Assembly: GCA_963754655.1 (NCBI GenBank)
Contig: CAVWGN010000001.1
Coordinates: 1,632,001 to 1,696,000, forward strand
Source: an uncultured Chlamydiae bacterium
GTDB taxonomy: Bacteria > Chlamydiota > Chlamydiia > Chlamydiales > Parachlamydiaceae
Direction: 5' to 3'
DNA length: 64,000 nucleotides
The notes under the pieces are model-generated. The model searched no databases. It was not told where the DNA came from and saw only the letters and a program-made list of their open reading frames with translations. The translations under genes were made by a program, and so were the position numbers. Below are positions 40,231 to 50,814 of the stretch, in pieces (the first letter of the stretch is position 1; every line of letters starts with the position of its first letter).

Positions 40231-42988
40231 TGGGAATATGTCCTCCTTTAAAAGTGATTTTTCCCCAATAAGGCTTCATGTCTTTAGAAAAATAGTGCGT
40301 TAGCTTGCTGAAAGGAACTGGCCACTTATGGTGATATTCAGTATCAATTACAGCAATGCGGCCATCCTTGCAGAAAGGGATGTTAAAGGCATAAACGGAA
40401 TCATAAAGACCACATGTTTGAAGAATGCAATAAAGGCCATCCATTAACTTACGCGTCATGTTCTTTTTATACATTTTTTCATTCTTGCTATGCTCTTGGA
40501 TACGCATGTTTTCGCAAATTAAAATAAAATTTTTCTGCAAATAACGCGAACTATTTGGAGGAGCCGGATACTTAGGTAGAGGGTAAATCCATTTATGAGG
40601 AACCTTAAAATTTTCTTGCAAGTGATTATCTTTAATGCACTGACGAATCATTTGCGCTCCCTTAATGCGATGAATCCATTTTTTCCAGTCATAAAGAATT
40701 CCTAATTCTGTATCGCAATAGGCTTTAATAAAATACTCTTGGCATTCAGGATGAGAAGAAGCTGCTACGCGGCTCCAACGTCCAGGACGCCAACGTCTAA
40801 AACCTGCTTTTTTAAATTCTTCCGGAGAAAGAGTGGCTCGAGAATTACAAAAAATGCGATTCAACTTTGACCAAGCAGGATGATTTTCGGGAAGCAGATA
40901 AGGGCGAACTTGCTTCCAAACTTCTTCAGAAACCTCAGGAAACTCGTACTGATAGCGGCTTTTGTCTAATTTTTTAACCGAACGCAAGAGTGATTGTAGC
41001 TTGCTTAACTTGTTGTCATTGTGGGTGGGAATAAAGATCTGAGGGAAGGAAGTCTCTGTCCAAGGGTATGAAGAAGGAAACATTTGACGCTTGGCAAGAG
41101 TCTGATCACCCTCCTCAATGATTTGCAATACATTGCGGGGTTGGATAAGATCTTGATCGTAAACATGAATGATTTTTGAAGGCACTGAAAATTGTTCGCG
41201 CTGCCTTGCAATGATACGATAGTAAGCTAATCCGCCTTGCACTTGAATTTTAGGTTGAGTTGTAATGGCAACTAAATTGTCATTCGTTTCTTCTTCAGTC
41301 ACAACTCCATTGACAATAGCATTGACTTGTTTCTCGCAATAAATGGATGGAATAAAATCGAGTGAGTTAGATCCGAATACAAAATATTCAATAGGCTCCT
41401 CCGACTGCGCAGCATTACGTTCCCAATTCAACTCATACACATTTTCGCTAATCTGATCAAATTCTACTTCTTCTATAGCATCGGGTTTATTGACAACAAA
41501 GGCATAAGGAGCAGACCATTCTGACCATTTCCCTTGGCTACATCCCTTTGCGCGAAAATAATAAAGAGTTCCAGGATTTAAGAAAGTTTCACTAATAGGA
41601 GGTAAAGCGATGACCGAGGAAAAAGATTCAACCTGGTCAAAGTTAGATGGACTCACCTGAAAATGACTATCTAACGCAATTTGCCACCAAATCATTTCTA
41701 TGTTATCTGATGAGGATTCGAGCATGAATAAAGGAGAACAATAATCAAATGCATGGGATGGGTTACAAACACGAAGAGGAGGAGGGGTGTTTTTTACTAG
41801 CTCATCCTCTACCTCGTATTGAAACCGAACAAGCGTAGGATTTTTTTTAGTTCCGAGATGAAGCTGATTTTCCCCTTTTTTTAAAGAGGGAAATAAAGTC
41901 CAAGCACAAGTTCCTACGGCAAGCAATTGCCCCTTAGGTTTATCCGAAAACAAGATGCGTACTTGAAAGAGATGGCTTTCTGAAAAAGTATAAGATTCTC
42001 CAGGTAGCAATGTCAGTTTTTGATCTAATAACTTCATGCTGACAGTACTGTTATTCACTAATTGATGAATAGGAAACGGGGAGAGATATTCCCAATGTCG
42101 AGTCACTTGCCGCTTATCTAAATGAATTGCATGAGAAAGAGAGCATTGATGCTGAGCTAGTTCGGGGCGAATGCTCGAGGTTTCAAAAACAAGGGACTCG
42201 CCAGGAAAGAGATCAATTCCACTTGCACGAGGAGACAATTGTTCTGTTGCTAGAACAATAGGCATGGCGGAAGTAGGCTCCAGAATCTCAAAATTCGCCA
42301 ATTGCTTCCACCCTTCTTTAAAATCCACTTGTTTGGCTTGGCGTGCATGCTTGGTACGCAAAGCAAGAAATGGATCATCCATGACATCTTCAGAAGAAGC
42401 TAGCTTTTCATTATCCAATCCTAAATAGATTTGCTGATGAGTCAGATCTAAAAAATTCCATTCATCATCTAATCCGAAATCACATAGCTGTTTCCCTTTT
42501 ACATTGGCCACACGGGTCTCTATACCAAGTGCATTGCATAGCTTGAGAAATTGTTCATTAAAGGCCGCTCCACAGCAGGCACCTTTGAAATTGAGAAGAT
42601 CTAAGGGGTGGTAATTTTGTTCGCCTATTGCCTCATCTTGCACAATAGAGCGATTCCAAAGTTGATAAAGAGCTAACAAAGGATAGGGTTCTTTTGCAAG
42701 TGTGCGTGCTAAATTGTTTAAGGAGAGTGAGGGAGATTGATTGATGTAAGGAAAGCAATTCTTAATTGGCTGATCCCCCAAATTTTCAATCTTGAGTTGC
42801 TGGCAATAATGGATAAAAGAAGGCTGAGAGCCGGGATGTTCTTGTCTTTGGTCTGGAATCGACACTTGTAAATTAACAGTTTGCTTAGTCTTATGATCGA
42901 AGAAAAACTCAAGAGTTTTTGCTTCCAAACCAGAAAGGCTAAGACTGACAAGTGAAAGTATCAGAAGGGTTTTATTAATCAACTTCAC
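40175..42988 (-). CDS. Large exported multidomain protein (transglutaminase-like motif, FN3-like region, C-terminal kinase-like domain)
   Basis: Signal peptide; GACC...LCNALGIETRV; LNPGTLYYFRAKG..GKWSEWS; YFIKAY, DSVYAFNI, IAVIDTE. Confidence 0.65.
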   Translation of the reverse strand: MKLINKTLLILSLVSLSLSGLEAKTLEFFFDHKTKQTVNLQVSIPDQRQEHPGSQPSFIHYCQQLKIENLGDQPIKNCFPYINQSPSLSLNNLARTLAKEPYPLLALYQLWNRSIVQDEAIGEQNYHPLDLLNFKGACCGAAFNEQFLKLCNALGIETRVANVKGKQLCDFGLDDEWNFLDLTHQQIYLGLDNEKLASSEDVMDDPFLALRTKHARQAKQVDFKEGWKQLANFEILEPTSAMPIVLATEQLSPRASGIDLFPGESLVFETSSIRPELAQHQCSLSHAIHLDKRQVTRHWEYLSPFPIHQLVNNSTVSMKLLDQKLTLLPGESYTFSESHLFQVRILFSDKPKGQLLAVGTCAWTLFPSLKKGENQLHLGTKKNPTLVRFQYEVEDELVKNTPPPLRVCNPSHAFDYCSPLFMLESSSDNIEMIWWQIALDSHFQVSPSNFDQVESFSSVIALPPISETFLNPGTLYYFRAKGCSQGKWSEWSAPYAFVVNKPDAIEEVEFDQISENVYELNWERNAAQSEEPIEYFVFGSNSLDFIPSIYCEKQVNAIVNGVVTEEETNDNLVAITTQPKIQVQGGLAYYRIIARQREQFSVPSKIIHVYDQDLIQPRNVLQIIEEGDQTLAKRQMFPSSYPWTETSFPQIFIPTHNDNKLSKLQSLLRSVKKLDKSRYQYEFPEVSEEVWKQVRPYLLPENHPAWSKLNRIFCNSRATLSPEEFKKAGFRRWRPGRWSRVAASSHPECQEYFIKAYCDTELGILYDWKKWIHRIKGAQMIRQCIKDNHLQENFKVPHKWIYPLPKYPAPPNSSRYLQKNFILICENMRIQEHSKNEKMYKKNMTRKLMDGLYCILQTCGLYDSVYAFNIPFCKDGRIAVIDTEYHHKWPVPFSKLTHYFSKDMKPYWGKITFKGGHIPNGDNQPNPPRMDRRDVKP

Positions 42989-43019
42989 GATTTAGATCCT
43001 GCTTTAAAATTAAAAATTG

Positions 43020-43211
43020 TTATTTCTTAAACACTTGAATCAACCAACTGACTATAATTAAGGATCCTAATACAAGGATAGTACCTAAAATAGCGGCTGT
43101 TAAACTACTAAAAAACTCCTGAGTTTCGCGGAAAAAAATAAAAAAGGTCAAGATAAATACGACTAAAGAAATCATTGCTATAGTCCATTGGATCTTGGAA
43201 TTAGCTTTCAT
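43020..43211 (-). CDS. Small two-TM membrane protein
   Basis: ATG at 43211 preceded by AGGAG; two hydrophobic segments. Confidence 0.6.
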   Translation of the reverse strand: MKANSKIQWTIAMISLVVFILTFFIFFRETQEFFSSLTAAILGTILVLGSLIIVSWLIQVFKK

Positions 43212-43318
43212 TTTACTCCTATAATAAGAGAAATAAATCATAAATCCTTCTTGCCTTTTTCTGCAAAAAAGTTTTAATAATGCTATCAAATAGACATATT
43301 ATAACAAAGTAGCTTTCC

Positions 43319-44170
43319 ATGCGCTTTTTATTTGTTTTTTTGCTTCTACTCGCCATTGGCGTGGGCATCGTGTTTGCGTGGGATTCTCATTCACGCGCAG
43401 CAAATCAAAGCTTTAATAGCCAGTCATTTAAGCACGAGTTTGTCGTTATTCAGGCTCATCATTTATTAGGTTTTAATTTAGTGGACCCCGAACAAGCGCC
43501 CCATAACATTCGCGATAGTGTCATGAGAGGCTATCGTCTGATGTTGAATACTGCTTTTTATGCACCTGAATATGCTCATAATGAACTCTCCTGCACGAAC
43601 TGTCATTTCCTTGGGGGTGATACTTTAGGGGGTAAAAATGGAGGCATTGCTCTCGTAGGTGTCACAACGCTCTATCCTCAATATTCCAAGCGTGCAGGAA
43701 AAGTCATTACACTAGCAGAAAGAATTGATAATTGTTTTCAACGCAGTATGAATGGCAAGGCCCCTTCGGCGAATTCCAGAATGATGCATGACATTATCAA
43801 TTATCTTCACTGGATTTCTAAAGAGGTAGAGTCCATTAAGGATATTCCATGGCTTGGTCTTCCTGAAATTAGAAATAGCCATAAACCAAATCCTCATGAA
43901 GGACAAAAAATTTATGAGCAATCTTGTGCTGCTTGTCACCGCTCAGATGGTATAGGTGGTGGCGTGTTAGATGAAATAGAGGGAAAAAGCATTCCACCTC
44001 TTTGGGGAGATCACTCTTTTAATGATGGAGCGGGAATGAACACAATGAAAATGTTAGCTCCTTTTATCTATTTGAATATGCCTTACCAACAAGCCAGTTT
44101 AACAGAAGAGCAAGCTTTAGATGTCGCTGCTTATGTCATGGAACAAAAGCGACCTCATTTTAAAAATTAA
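43319..44170 (+). CDS. Diheme c-type cytochrome, TsdA (thiosulfate dehydrogenase)-like
   Basis: CTNCH and CAACH heme motifs; RI..CF.RSMNG; PPLWG..SFNDGAGM. Confidence 0.8.
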   Translation: MRFLFVFLLLLAIGVGIVFAWDSHSRAANQSFNSQSFKHEFVVIQAHHLLGFNLVDPEQAPHNIRDSVMRGYRLMLNTAFYAPEYAHNELSCTNCHFLGGDTLGGKNGGIALVGVTTLYPQYSKRAGKVITLAERIDNCFQRSMNGKAPSANSRMMHDIINYLHWISKEVESIKDIPWLGLPEIRNSHKPNPHEGQKIYEQSCAACHRSDGIGGGVLDEIEGKSIPPLWGDHSFNDGAGMNTMKMLAPFIYLNMPYQQASLTEEQALDVAAYVMEQKRPHFKN

Positions 44171-44211
44171 TTGTGCCCTTTCGTCATATAAGGATAGAAG
44201 ATTAAGTAAAA

Positions 44212-46668
44212 ATGCTCATTATTAAATTGATATCTACTTTTTTGACAACACTGTTTTTTCCACCCATAATGGGTCAAGAGATCAGTGGAACGCCAGGCTC
44301 TCCGAATGCTACAGAATCATGGCACACACCCTATCTTCCGCCGTCACCACCACAATTTCGGGGAATAATTCGTTTTAATGCTAATGAGTCTAAACCTTAC
44401 TGGTTGCCCACGATTGTTCCTCCAAAAGAAGCTCCCAATGTTCTCTTAATTATGACAGATGATGTGGGATATGGTGCGCCGAGCACGTTTGGCGGAATCA
44501 TTCCAACTCCTGCCCTAGATCGCATTGCAGAAATGGGTTTGCGTTATACGCAATTTCATTCCACCGCTTTATGTTCCCCAACGCGTGCTGCATTAATTAC
44601 TGGTTGCAATCATCATTCAGTCCATACAGGTGCCATTATAGAAATGGCAACGGGCTATCCAGGATATGATAGTCTAATTGGCAAGGATACGGCAACAATT
44701 GGCGAAATTCTTAAGCAAAATGGTTATGCCACTTCATGGTTTGGCAAAAATCATAATACTCCCGATTGGCAGTCGAGCCAAATAGGTCCTTTTGACAATT
44801 GGCCAATTGGATATGGGTTTCAATACTTCTATGGTTTCATTGGTGGAGATACAAGCCAGTGGCAGCCAAATTTATTCCGCAATACAACCCCTATTCAACC
44901 TTATATTGGAAAACCTAACTGGAATTTGACCACGGCCATGGCTGATGAGGCAATTCAGTACCTCAAAGTGATGAATGAAATTGATGCGAAGCAAAAGTTT
45001 TTTGTCTATTACGTTCCTGGTGGGACGCATTCCCCCCATCATGCCCCTAAAGAATGGATTGAGAAATTTAAGGGTCAATTTGATATGGGTTGGGAAAAAC
45101 TTCGTGAAATTATTTTTGAAAACCAAAAAAGATTGGGTGTCATTCTACCAAATGCCAAATTAACTCTTTGGCCAGATAGTTTGCCCAAGTGGGAAAGTTT
45201 AGGTGAAGAGGACAAGAAGCTATTTGCACGCCAAGCAGAAGTCTATGCGGCTTATCTCGCTTATACAGATCATGAGATTAACCGAGTCATTCAATCGATC
45301 GAAGAAATGGGTAAATTAGATGATACGCTGATCATTTATATTAGTGGGGATAATGGCTCCAGCCCTGAAGGCTCACTCATAGGCACTCCAAATGAAGTAG
45401 CAAAATTTAATAACGTTGCCATTCCCGTTAAAGAACAAATGAAATGGTATGATGTTTGGGGGTCTGATCTCACCTATCCCCATATGGCAGTGGGTTGGAC
45501 GTGGGCATTCGATACGCCCTTTCAATGGACGAAACAAATTGCTTCCCATTTTGGAGGCACGCGTCAGGGAATGGTCATCGCCTGGCCAAAAAGAATAAAA
45601 GATGCCGGCGGAATTCGTACTCAGTTTCATCATGTCATTGATATTGCTCCCACGATTCTTGAAGCTCTAGGCATTCCAATCCCTTTGATGGTCAATGGCG
45701 TAGCGCAGAAGCCTAGGGATGGTATCAGTATGATCTATACATGGGATAAAGAAAATGCCCATCTATCTTCGAAACGAAAAACGCAATATTTCGAAATGCT
45801 AGGAAATCGAGCGATTTATCATGATGGATGGATTGCCTCTACGACCCCACCTGTACCACCATGGGAGTTGGGATTTGGCAAATTGCCGCACGATGTCATG
45901 AATGGCTATCAATGGGAGCTTTATAATCTTAAAGATGATCCTACTCAGTTTAATAATCTTGCAGCACAAATGCCTGAGAAATTGCATGAAATGCAAAAGC
46001 TTTTTATTGCTGAAGCAGAAAAATATCAGGTTTTCCCATTAGATAACTCAACAATGCCACGCCTTCTAACGCAGCGTCCAAATCCTGGAGGAGAACGAAA
46101 TTTTTTTACATATTCAGGAACAATTTCTCAAGTCCCTCATGCTATATCCCCACATCTATTAAACAAGTCATTTATTATTACCGTAGAAATTGAAATTCCT
46201 AATCACCAGGCAGAAGGCATGCTTGTCTCGCAGGGAGGGCGTTTTGGAGGCTATGGATTTTATCTGTTAAAAGGAAAGCCTGTATTCGTATGGAATTATG
46301 TGAATTTAGAGCGCACGCGTTGGGAAGGCGAGGCACTTACACCCGGCAAACACACGCTAGTCTTTCATTTTAAATACCAAGGAATAGGCTTTGGCAAAAG
46401 AGGAGTGGGTAAATTAATGGTGGATGGTAAAGAAGTCGCTAGAAAGCGAATGAAGCGGACGATTCCCTTTATGTTGCAATGGGATGAAACATTCAACGTT
46501 GGCTTAGATACAGGAACTCCCATTGATGACCAAGATTATCAAATTCCTTTTGAATTTACTGGCAAAATTCTTAAGCTTACGATTGAATTAAAGCCACTTC
46601 AATTACATGAAGAAATGCTCAAATTGTTTATGCAAAAAAATCAGCGCAATAATGAAGCTAGCGAATAA
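44212..46668 (+). CDS. Arylsulfatase (formylglycine-dependent)
   Basis: DDVG, LCSPTRAALITG, GKNH, GDNG. Confidence 0.9.
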   Translation: MLIIKLISTFLTTLFFPPIMGQEISGTPGSPNATESWHTPYLPPSPPQFRGIIRFNANESKPYWLPTIVPPKEAPNVLLIMTDDVGYGAPSTFGGIIPTPALDRIAEMGLRYTQFHSTALCSPTRAALITGCNHHSVHTGAIIEMATGYPGYDSLIGKDTATIGEILKQNGYATSWFGKNHNTPDWQSSQIGPFDNWPIGYGFQYFYGFIGGDTSQWQPNLFRNTTPIQPYIGKPNWNLTTAMADEAIQYLKVMNEIDAKQKFFVYYVPGGTHSPHHAPKEWIEKFKGQFDMGWEKLREIIFENQKRLGVILPNAKLTLWPDSLPKWESLGEEDKKLFARQAEVYAAYLAYTDHEINRVIQSIEEMGKLDDTLIIYISGDNGSSPEGSLIGTPNEVAKFNNVAIPVKEQMKWYDVWGSDLTYPHMAVGWTWAFDTPFQWTKQIASHFGGTRQGMVIAWPKRIKDAGGIRTQFHHVIDIAPTILEALGIPIPLMVNGVAQKPRDGISMIYTWDKENAHLSSKRKTQYFEMLGNRAIYHDGWIASTTPPVPPWELGFGKLPHDVMNGYQWELYNLKDDPTQFNNLAAQMPEKLHEMQKLFIAEAEKYQVFPLDNSTMPRLLTQRPNPGGERNFFTYSGTISQVPHAISPHLLNKSFIITVEIEIPNHQAEGMLVSQGGRFGGYGFYLLKGKPVFVWNYVNLERTRWEGEALTPGKHTLVFHFKYQGIGFGKRGVGKLMVDGKEVARKRMKRTIPFMLQWDETFNVGLDTGTPIDDQDYQIPFEFTGKILKLTIELKPLQLHEEMLKLFMQKNQRNNEASE

Positions 46669-46697
46669 ATTTAAGCACCGATAACAGGAGATTTCCA

Positions 46698-47603
46698 ATG
46701 ACAACAAAACCTATCACTCTTCTTCTTGGGGTAACAGGACAAATAGGAAAATTGTTAGCAGAACATCTTAAAAAAGATGAAACAATTTCACTACGCGTGA
46801 CTTCAAGGCATCAAAATCAACTTTCCGAGCTCAAACAGTGTTATGGAGATGCTGTTTATTTTGATTTAGATGATCCTCGAACCTTTTCCAATGCACTTAA
46901 AGGAGTTAAAAGAGCTTTTTTGCTGACGGGCTATACAGTTGCAATGATCACGCAAAGTAAAACTTTTGTAGATGCTGCCAAAAAAGCAGCTGTTGAACAT
47001 ATTGTCCATTTAGGAGTATATACCCCAGAATGGGATTGTACTGATCCCCATTTCACGTGGCATCAAATGGTCGAAGTTTATATTAAACATAGTCAAATCA
47101 AATGGACTTTTCTTCACCCTAACTGCTTTATGCAAAATTTAACCGGTTTTTATTCTTTTTTAAGGGGAAATAAATTGTACTGGTGGGGTGGAGATAAGCC
47201 TTGTGGGTGGATTGCTTTAGAAGATGTGGCCGAAGCGGCAGCGAGAATATTAATTGAAGGTCCAGAGAAGCATCACGGGAAGGATTATTGGTTTTCTACA
47301 GAGTCTTTAACAATCACTCAAATGGCTAAAATAATCGCAGAAAGGCTCCATGTTGAACTTAAAGTAGAGAATCAATCCCCAGATCAATTCCTTAAAAACA
47401 TCAGCACTAATCCTAAAGAAATTGATCTCTATTTTTACGGAGTCGCTGAATCTTTTAGACAAATACTAGATGGTCGTATGAGCTATATTGGTGATATTAG
47501 GGACGACATGCCTCTTATAACAGGTCACAAAGGCATGCCTTTCAAAAAATGGGTTGATATACACAAAGAGGAGATTCTAAAAAGAATTCATCCTCTCATT
47601 TAA
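46698..47603 (+). CDS. NmrA-like NAD(P)-binding protein
   Basis: LLGVTGQIG, WTFLHPNCFMQN, IALEDVAEAA. Confidence 0.82.
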   Translation: MTTKPITLLLGVTGQIGKLLAEHLKKDETISLRVTSRHQNQLSELKQCYGDAVYFDLDDPRTFSNALKGVKRAFLLTGYTVAMITQSKTFVDAAKKAAVEHIVHLGVYTPEWDCTDPHFTWHQMVEVYIKHSQIKWTFLHPNCFMQNLTGFYSFLRGNKLYWWGGDKPCGWIALEDVAEAAARILIEGPEKHHGKDYWFSTESLTITQMAKIIAERLHVELKVENQSPDQFLKNISTNPKEIDLYFYGVAESFRQILDGRMSYIGDIRDDMPLITGHKGMPFKKWVDIHKEEILKRIHPLI

Positions 47604-47633
47604 GGATATGATCTTAAGCTCGTTTGACAACTT

Positions 47634-49574
47634 TTAACTTTTTAGATTAATAAGCTCCATTAAATTAAGCGCTGGAATTAAACTTTCGTGATAGTGGCTA
47701 ATAACAAAAGGATCTTCCTGTCCTTGAGGGAGAGCTAAAGCTTTTTTAAATTCAGCTGCAGCTTCTTGGAGTTTTCCTTGCTGATGTAAAGTTTCAGCAT
47801 AATGGCTAACAGTGAAAAGGTTTTGCTGTCCTTGAGGGAGAGCTAAAGCTTTTTTAAATTCAGCTGCTGCTTCCTCGAATTTTCCTTGCTGACGTAAAGT
47901 TTCGGCATAACTGCTAACAGTTAAAAGGTTTTGCTGTCCTTGAGGGAAAGCTAAAGCTTTTTTAAATTCAGCTGCCGCTTCCTCGAGTTTTCCTTGCTGA
48001 CGTAAAGTTTCGGCATAACGGCTAACAGTTAAAAGGTTTTGCTGTCCTTGAGGGAGAGCTAAAGCTTTTTTAAATTCAGCTGCAGCTTCCTCGAGTTTTC
48101 CTTGCTGACGTAAAGTTTCGGCATAAGTGCTGACAGCGGAAAGGTTTTGCTGTCCTTGAGGGAAAGCTAAAACTTTTTTAAATTCAGCTGTCGCTTCCTC
48201 GAGTTTTCCTTGCTGACGTAAAGTTTCGGCATAACGGCTGACAGTGAAAAGGCTTTGCTGTCCTTGAGGCAGAGCTAAAGCTTTTTTTAATTCAGCTGCA
48301 GCTTCCTCGAATTTTCCTTGCTCACGTAAAGTTTCGGCATAATGGCTAACAGTGAAAAGGTCTTGCTGTCCTTGAGGGAAAGCTAAAGCTTTTTTAAATT
48401 CAGCGGCAGCTTCCTCGAATTTTCCTTGTTGACGTAAAGTTTCAGCATAACAGTTGACAGTGGAAAATTTTTGCTGTCCTTGATGAGGGAGAGCTAAAGC
48501 TTTTTTAAATTCAGCTGCAGCTTCCTCGATTTTTCCTTGCTGACGTAAAGTTTCGGCATAATGGCTAACAGTGAAAAGGTCTTGCTGTCCTTGAGGGAGA
48601 GCTAAAGCTTTTTTTAATTCAGCTGTAGCTTCCTGGAGTTTTCCTTGATAGCGTAAAGTTGCGGCATAATGGCTAACAGTAAAAAGACTTTGCTGTCCTT
48701 GAGGGAGAGCTAAAGCTTTTTTAAATTCAGCTGCAGCTTCCTCGAATTTTTTTTGCTGACGTAAAGTTTCGGCATAACGGCTAACAGTGAAAAGGTTTTG
48801 CTGTCCTTGAGGGAGAGCTAAAGCTTTGTTAAATTCAGCTGCAGCTTCCTCGAATTTTCCTTGCTGACGTAAAGTTTCGGCATAACCGTTAACAGCGAAA
48901 AGGTCTTGCTGTCCTTGAGGGAGAGCTAAAGCTTTTTTAAATTCAGCCGCAGCTTCCTCGAATTTTCCTTGCTGACGTAAAGTTTCGGCATAACCGCTAA
49001 CAGCGAAAAGGTCTTGCTGTCCTTGAGGGAAAGCTAAAACTTTTTTAAATTCAGCTGTCGCTTCCTCGAATTTTCCTTGCTGACGTAAAGTTTCGGCATA
49101 ACGGCTAACAGTTAAAAGGTTTTGCTGTCCTTGAGGGAGAGCTAAAGCTTTTTTAAATTCAGCTGCAGCTTCCTCGAGCTTTCCTTGCTGACGTAAAGTT
49201 TCGGCATAAGTGCTGACAGCGATAAGATCTTGCTGTCTATCAAAAAGAGCTAACGGATTTTGAGCAGAAGAGGAAGAAGGATTCAAATTAAAAGGTTGTG
49301 TTTGCATTTGGAAGATTTTATCAACCATTTCTTTTTGTGTAGACTCTAATTTAATAAAGCGCTCTTCTATTTTATTTTGTTGATGCTGAATGGCTTGTAG
49401 TTGCTCTTGTAGAAGCTTATTGCTTTTTAATATCTCAGACATGAAAAACTCTTGAGAAAATCCATCTGTTTGATGATTTGTTTTTTGTCTTTTTGCAGGA
49501 CGCTCAGGAGATTGAGAATCTTCAGAATTATCTAAAGGGAATGAGGTAGAATTAACAAAAAAACTAGAATTCAT
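47634..49574 (-). CDS. 36-aa TPR/PPR-like tandem repeat protein, paralogue 2 (14 repeats plus cap), NLS-like motif
   Basis: 108-bp repeats 47715-49229 (one with a 3-bp insertion); N-terminal ERPAKRQKT, homologous to 18783-20627. Confidence 0.9.
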   Translation of the reverse strand: MNSSFFVNSTSFPLDNSEDSQSPERPAKRQKTNHQTDGFSQEFFMSEILKSNKLLQEQLQAIQHQQNKIEERFIKLESTQKEMVDKIFQMQTQPFNLNPSSSSAQNPLALFDRQQDLIAVSTYAETLRQQGKLEEAAAEFKKALALPQGQQNLLTVSRYAETLRQQGKFEEATAEFKKVLAFPQGQQDLFAVSGYAETLRQQGKFEEAAAEFKKALALPQGQQDLFAVNGYAETLRQQGKFEEAAAEFNKALALPQGQQNLFTVSRYAETLRQQKKFEEAAAEFKKALALPQGQQSLFTVSHYAATLRYQGKLQEATAELKKALALPQGQQDLFTVSHYAETLRQQGKIEEAAAEFKKALALPHQGQQKFSTVNCYAETLRQQGKFEEAAAEFKKALAFPQGQQDLFTVSHYAETLREQGKFEEAAAELKKALALPQGQQSLFTVSRYAETLRQQGKLEEATAEFKKVLAFPQGQQNLSAVSTYAETLRQQGKLEEAAAEFKKALALPQGQQNLLTVSRYAETLRQQGKLEEAAAEFKKALAFPQGQQNLLTVSSYAETLRQQGKFEEAAAEFKKALALPQGQQNLFTVSHYAETLHQQGKLQEAAAEFKKALALPQGQEDPFVISHYHESLIPALNLMELINLKS

Positions 49575-49878
49575 ATAAAACCTTTTAATATTTTTTATAA
49601 ATTTTTTTGGTAAACAATGTTGATTAAAATTTCATGACAACATCCTTGCCTGTAAGTTTGATATCTACCAAAGTTTAAAATTAAATTAACCAAAGATGCA
49701 CCAGCATGATAATGAATTCAAAATTTTTAATCTAGATCTATTTAAATTTTTGCTTAAATAAATTAAATAATTATTTGTTGATTATTTAATTAATTTGGGA
49801 GTCTCTTCTTAAAAAATATTTATAAAGGTATTCATAAAAAAATTAAATATTTGATAATTCGATTTGGTGAGTTTGCTG

Positions 49879-50811
49879 CTACCTTATCAATAACATTTTA
49901 GCATTGCGTAAAAAGCCTTGTTTGAAAAATTGGTATTTAATCAATTGATATTTCTTTTTGAAATAAGAAAGTTTTTCTAATTCTCCATAAGCTTTAAGCA
50001 AGATTTGTCTATCTAGAGGAAGGATATGGTCATAAAGGGCTAATAGGCAATTAGCCTGATGATAGGTTTGTTTAATGCAATTTGCTTTCTTCTGTGATTC
50101 CCTGGGCGATTGATTGAGAAACCGCCAAAGGCTATAGGATTTCGCGCCAGTATCATTTGAGCTATGCTGTCTATAAAGAAGAGTGGGTTGACCAATACAT
50201 TGAATATGACCCAAGCAAACAGCAATTAAAGCAATCCACCAATCATGCATGATTGCTTCAGAGGGAATGGGACAAGCTAAATTGGCAAGCGCACGATTGA
50301 AAAGCATTGTGCAACCTGTCAATGTATTTTGGGAAAGAAGTCGATTGAGAGAAACCGTATGAGGCTTTAGACCAGCAAAATTCCAAAAAGAAGGAGCAAT
50401 CTCTTTTAAATTTTGATCAACCACTTTTAAATCTGTGTGAACCAATAAGGGAAGATGAGAGCCATATTGTCTTTCTAAGGTTTTGATTTGCTCAAGGCTA
50501 ATTTCTACTTTGTTTGCAAACCATTTATCATCCTGATCTGCAAACATGAGATAAGGAGAGTGGCTTTGTTTCATCAATTCTGAAAAGTTTCCTATCACTC
50601 CAAGATGGTCTTGAGAAGAAAGAAGCGTGATTTTTTGAGAATAGGTGTTGGTCCATTTTTGCAAGATTGATAGGGTTTGATCAGACGAACCGTCGTCGCG
50701 AATCCATAAATGAATGTGAGGGTGAGTCTGAGTTAAAATAGATTCTAACTGCTCTTCTAAATAGTTAGCTCCCTGATAAGTAGCTAATAACACATCGACT
50801 TTTTCACTCAT
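49879..50811 (-). CDS. GT2 glycosyltransferase (rhamnosyltransferase-like)
   Basis: LLATYQG, RDDGSSD, FADQDDKW, MHDWW. Confidence 0.88.
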   Translation of the reverse strand: MSEKVDVLLATYQGANYLEEQLESILTQTHPHIHLWIRDDGSSDQTLSILQKWTNTYSQKITLLSSQDHLGVIGNFSELMKQSHSPYLMFADQDDKWFANKVEISLEQIKTLERQYGSHLPLLVHTDLKVVDQNLKEIAPSFWNFAGLKPHTVSLNRLLSQNTLTGCTMLFNRALANLACPIPSEAIMHDWWIALIAVCLGHIQCIGQPTLLYRQHSSNDTGAKSYSLWRFLNQSPRESQKKANCIKQTYHQANCLLALYDHILPLDRQILLKAYGELEKLSYFKKKYQLIKYQFFKQGFLRNAKMLLIR

Positions 50812-50814
50812 TCT

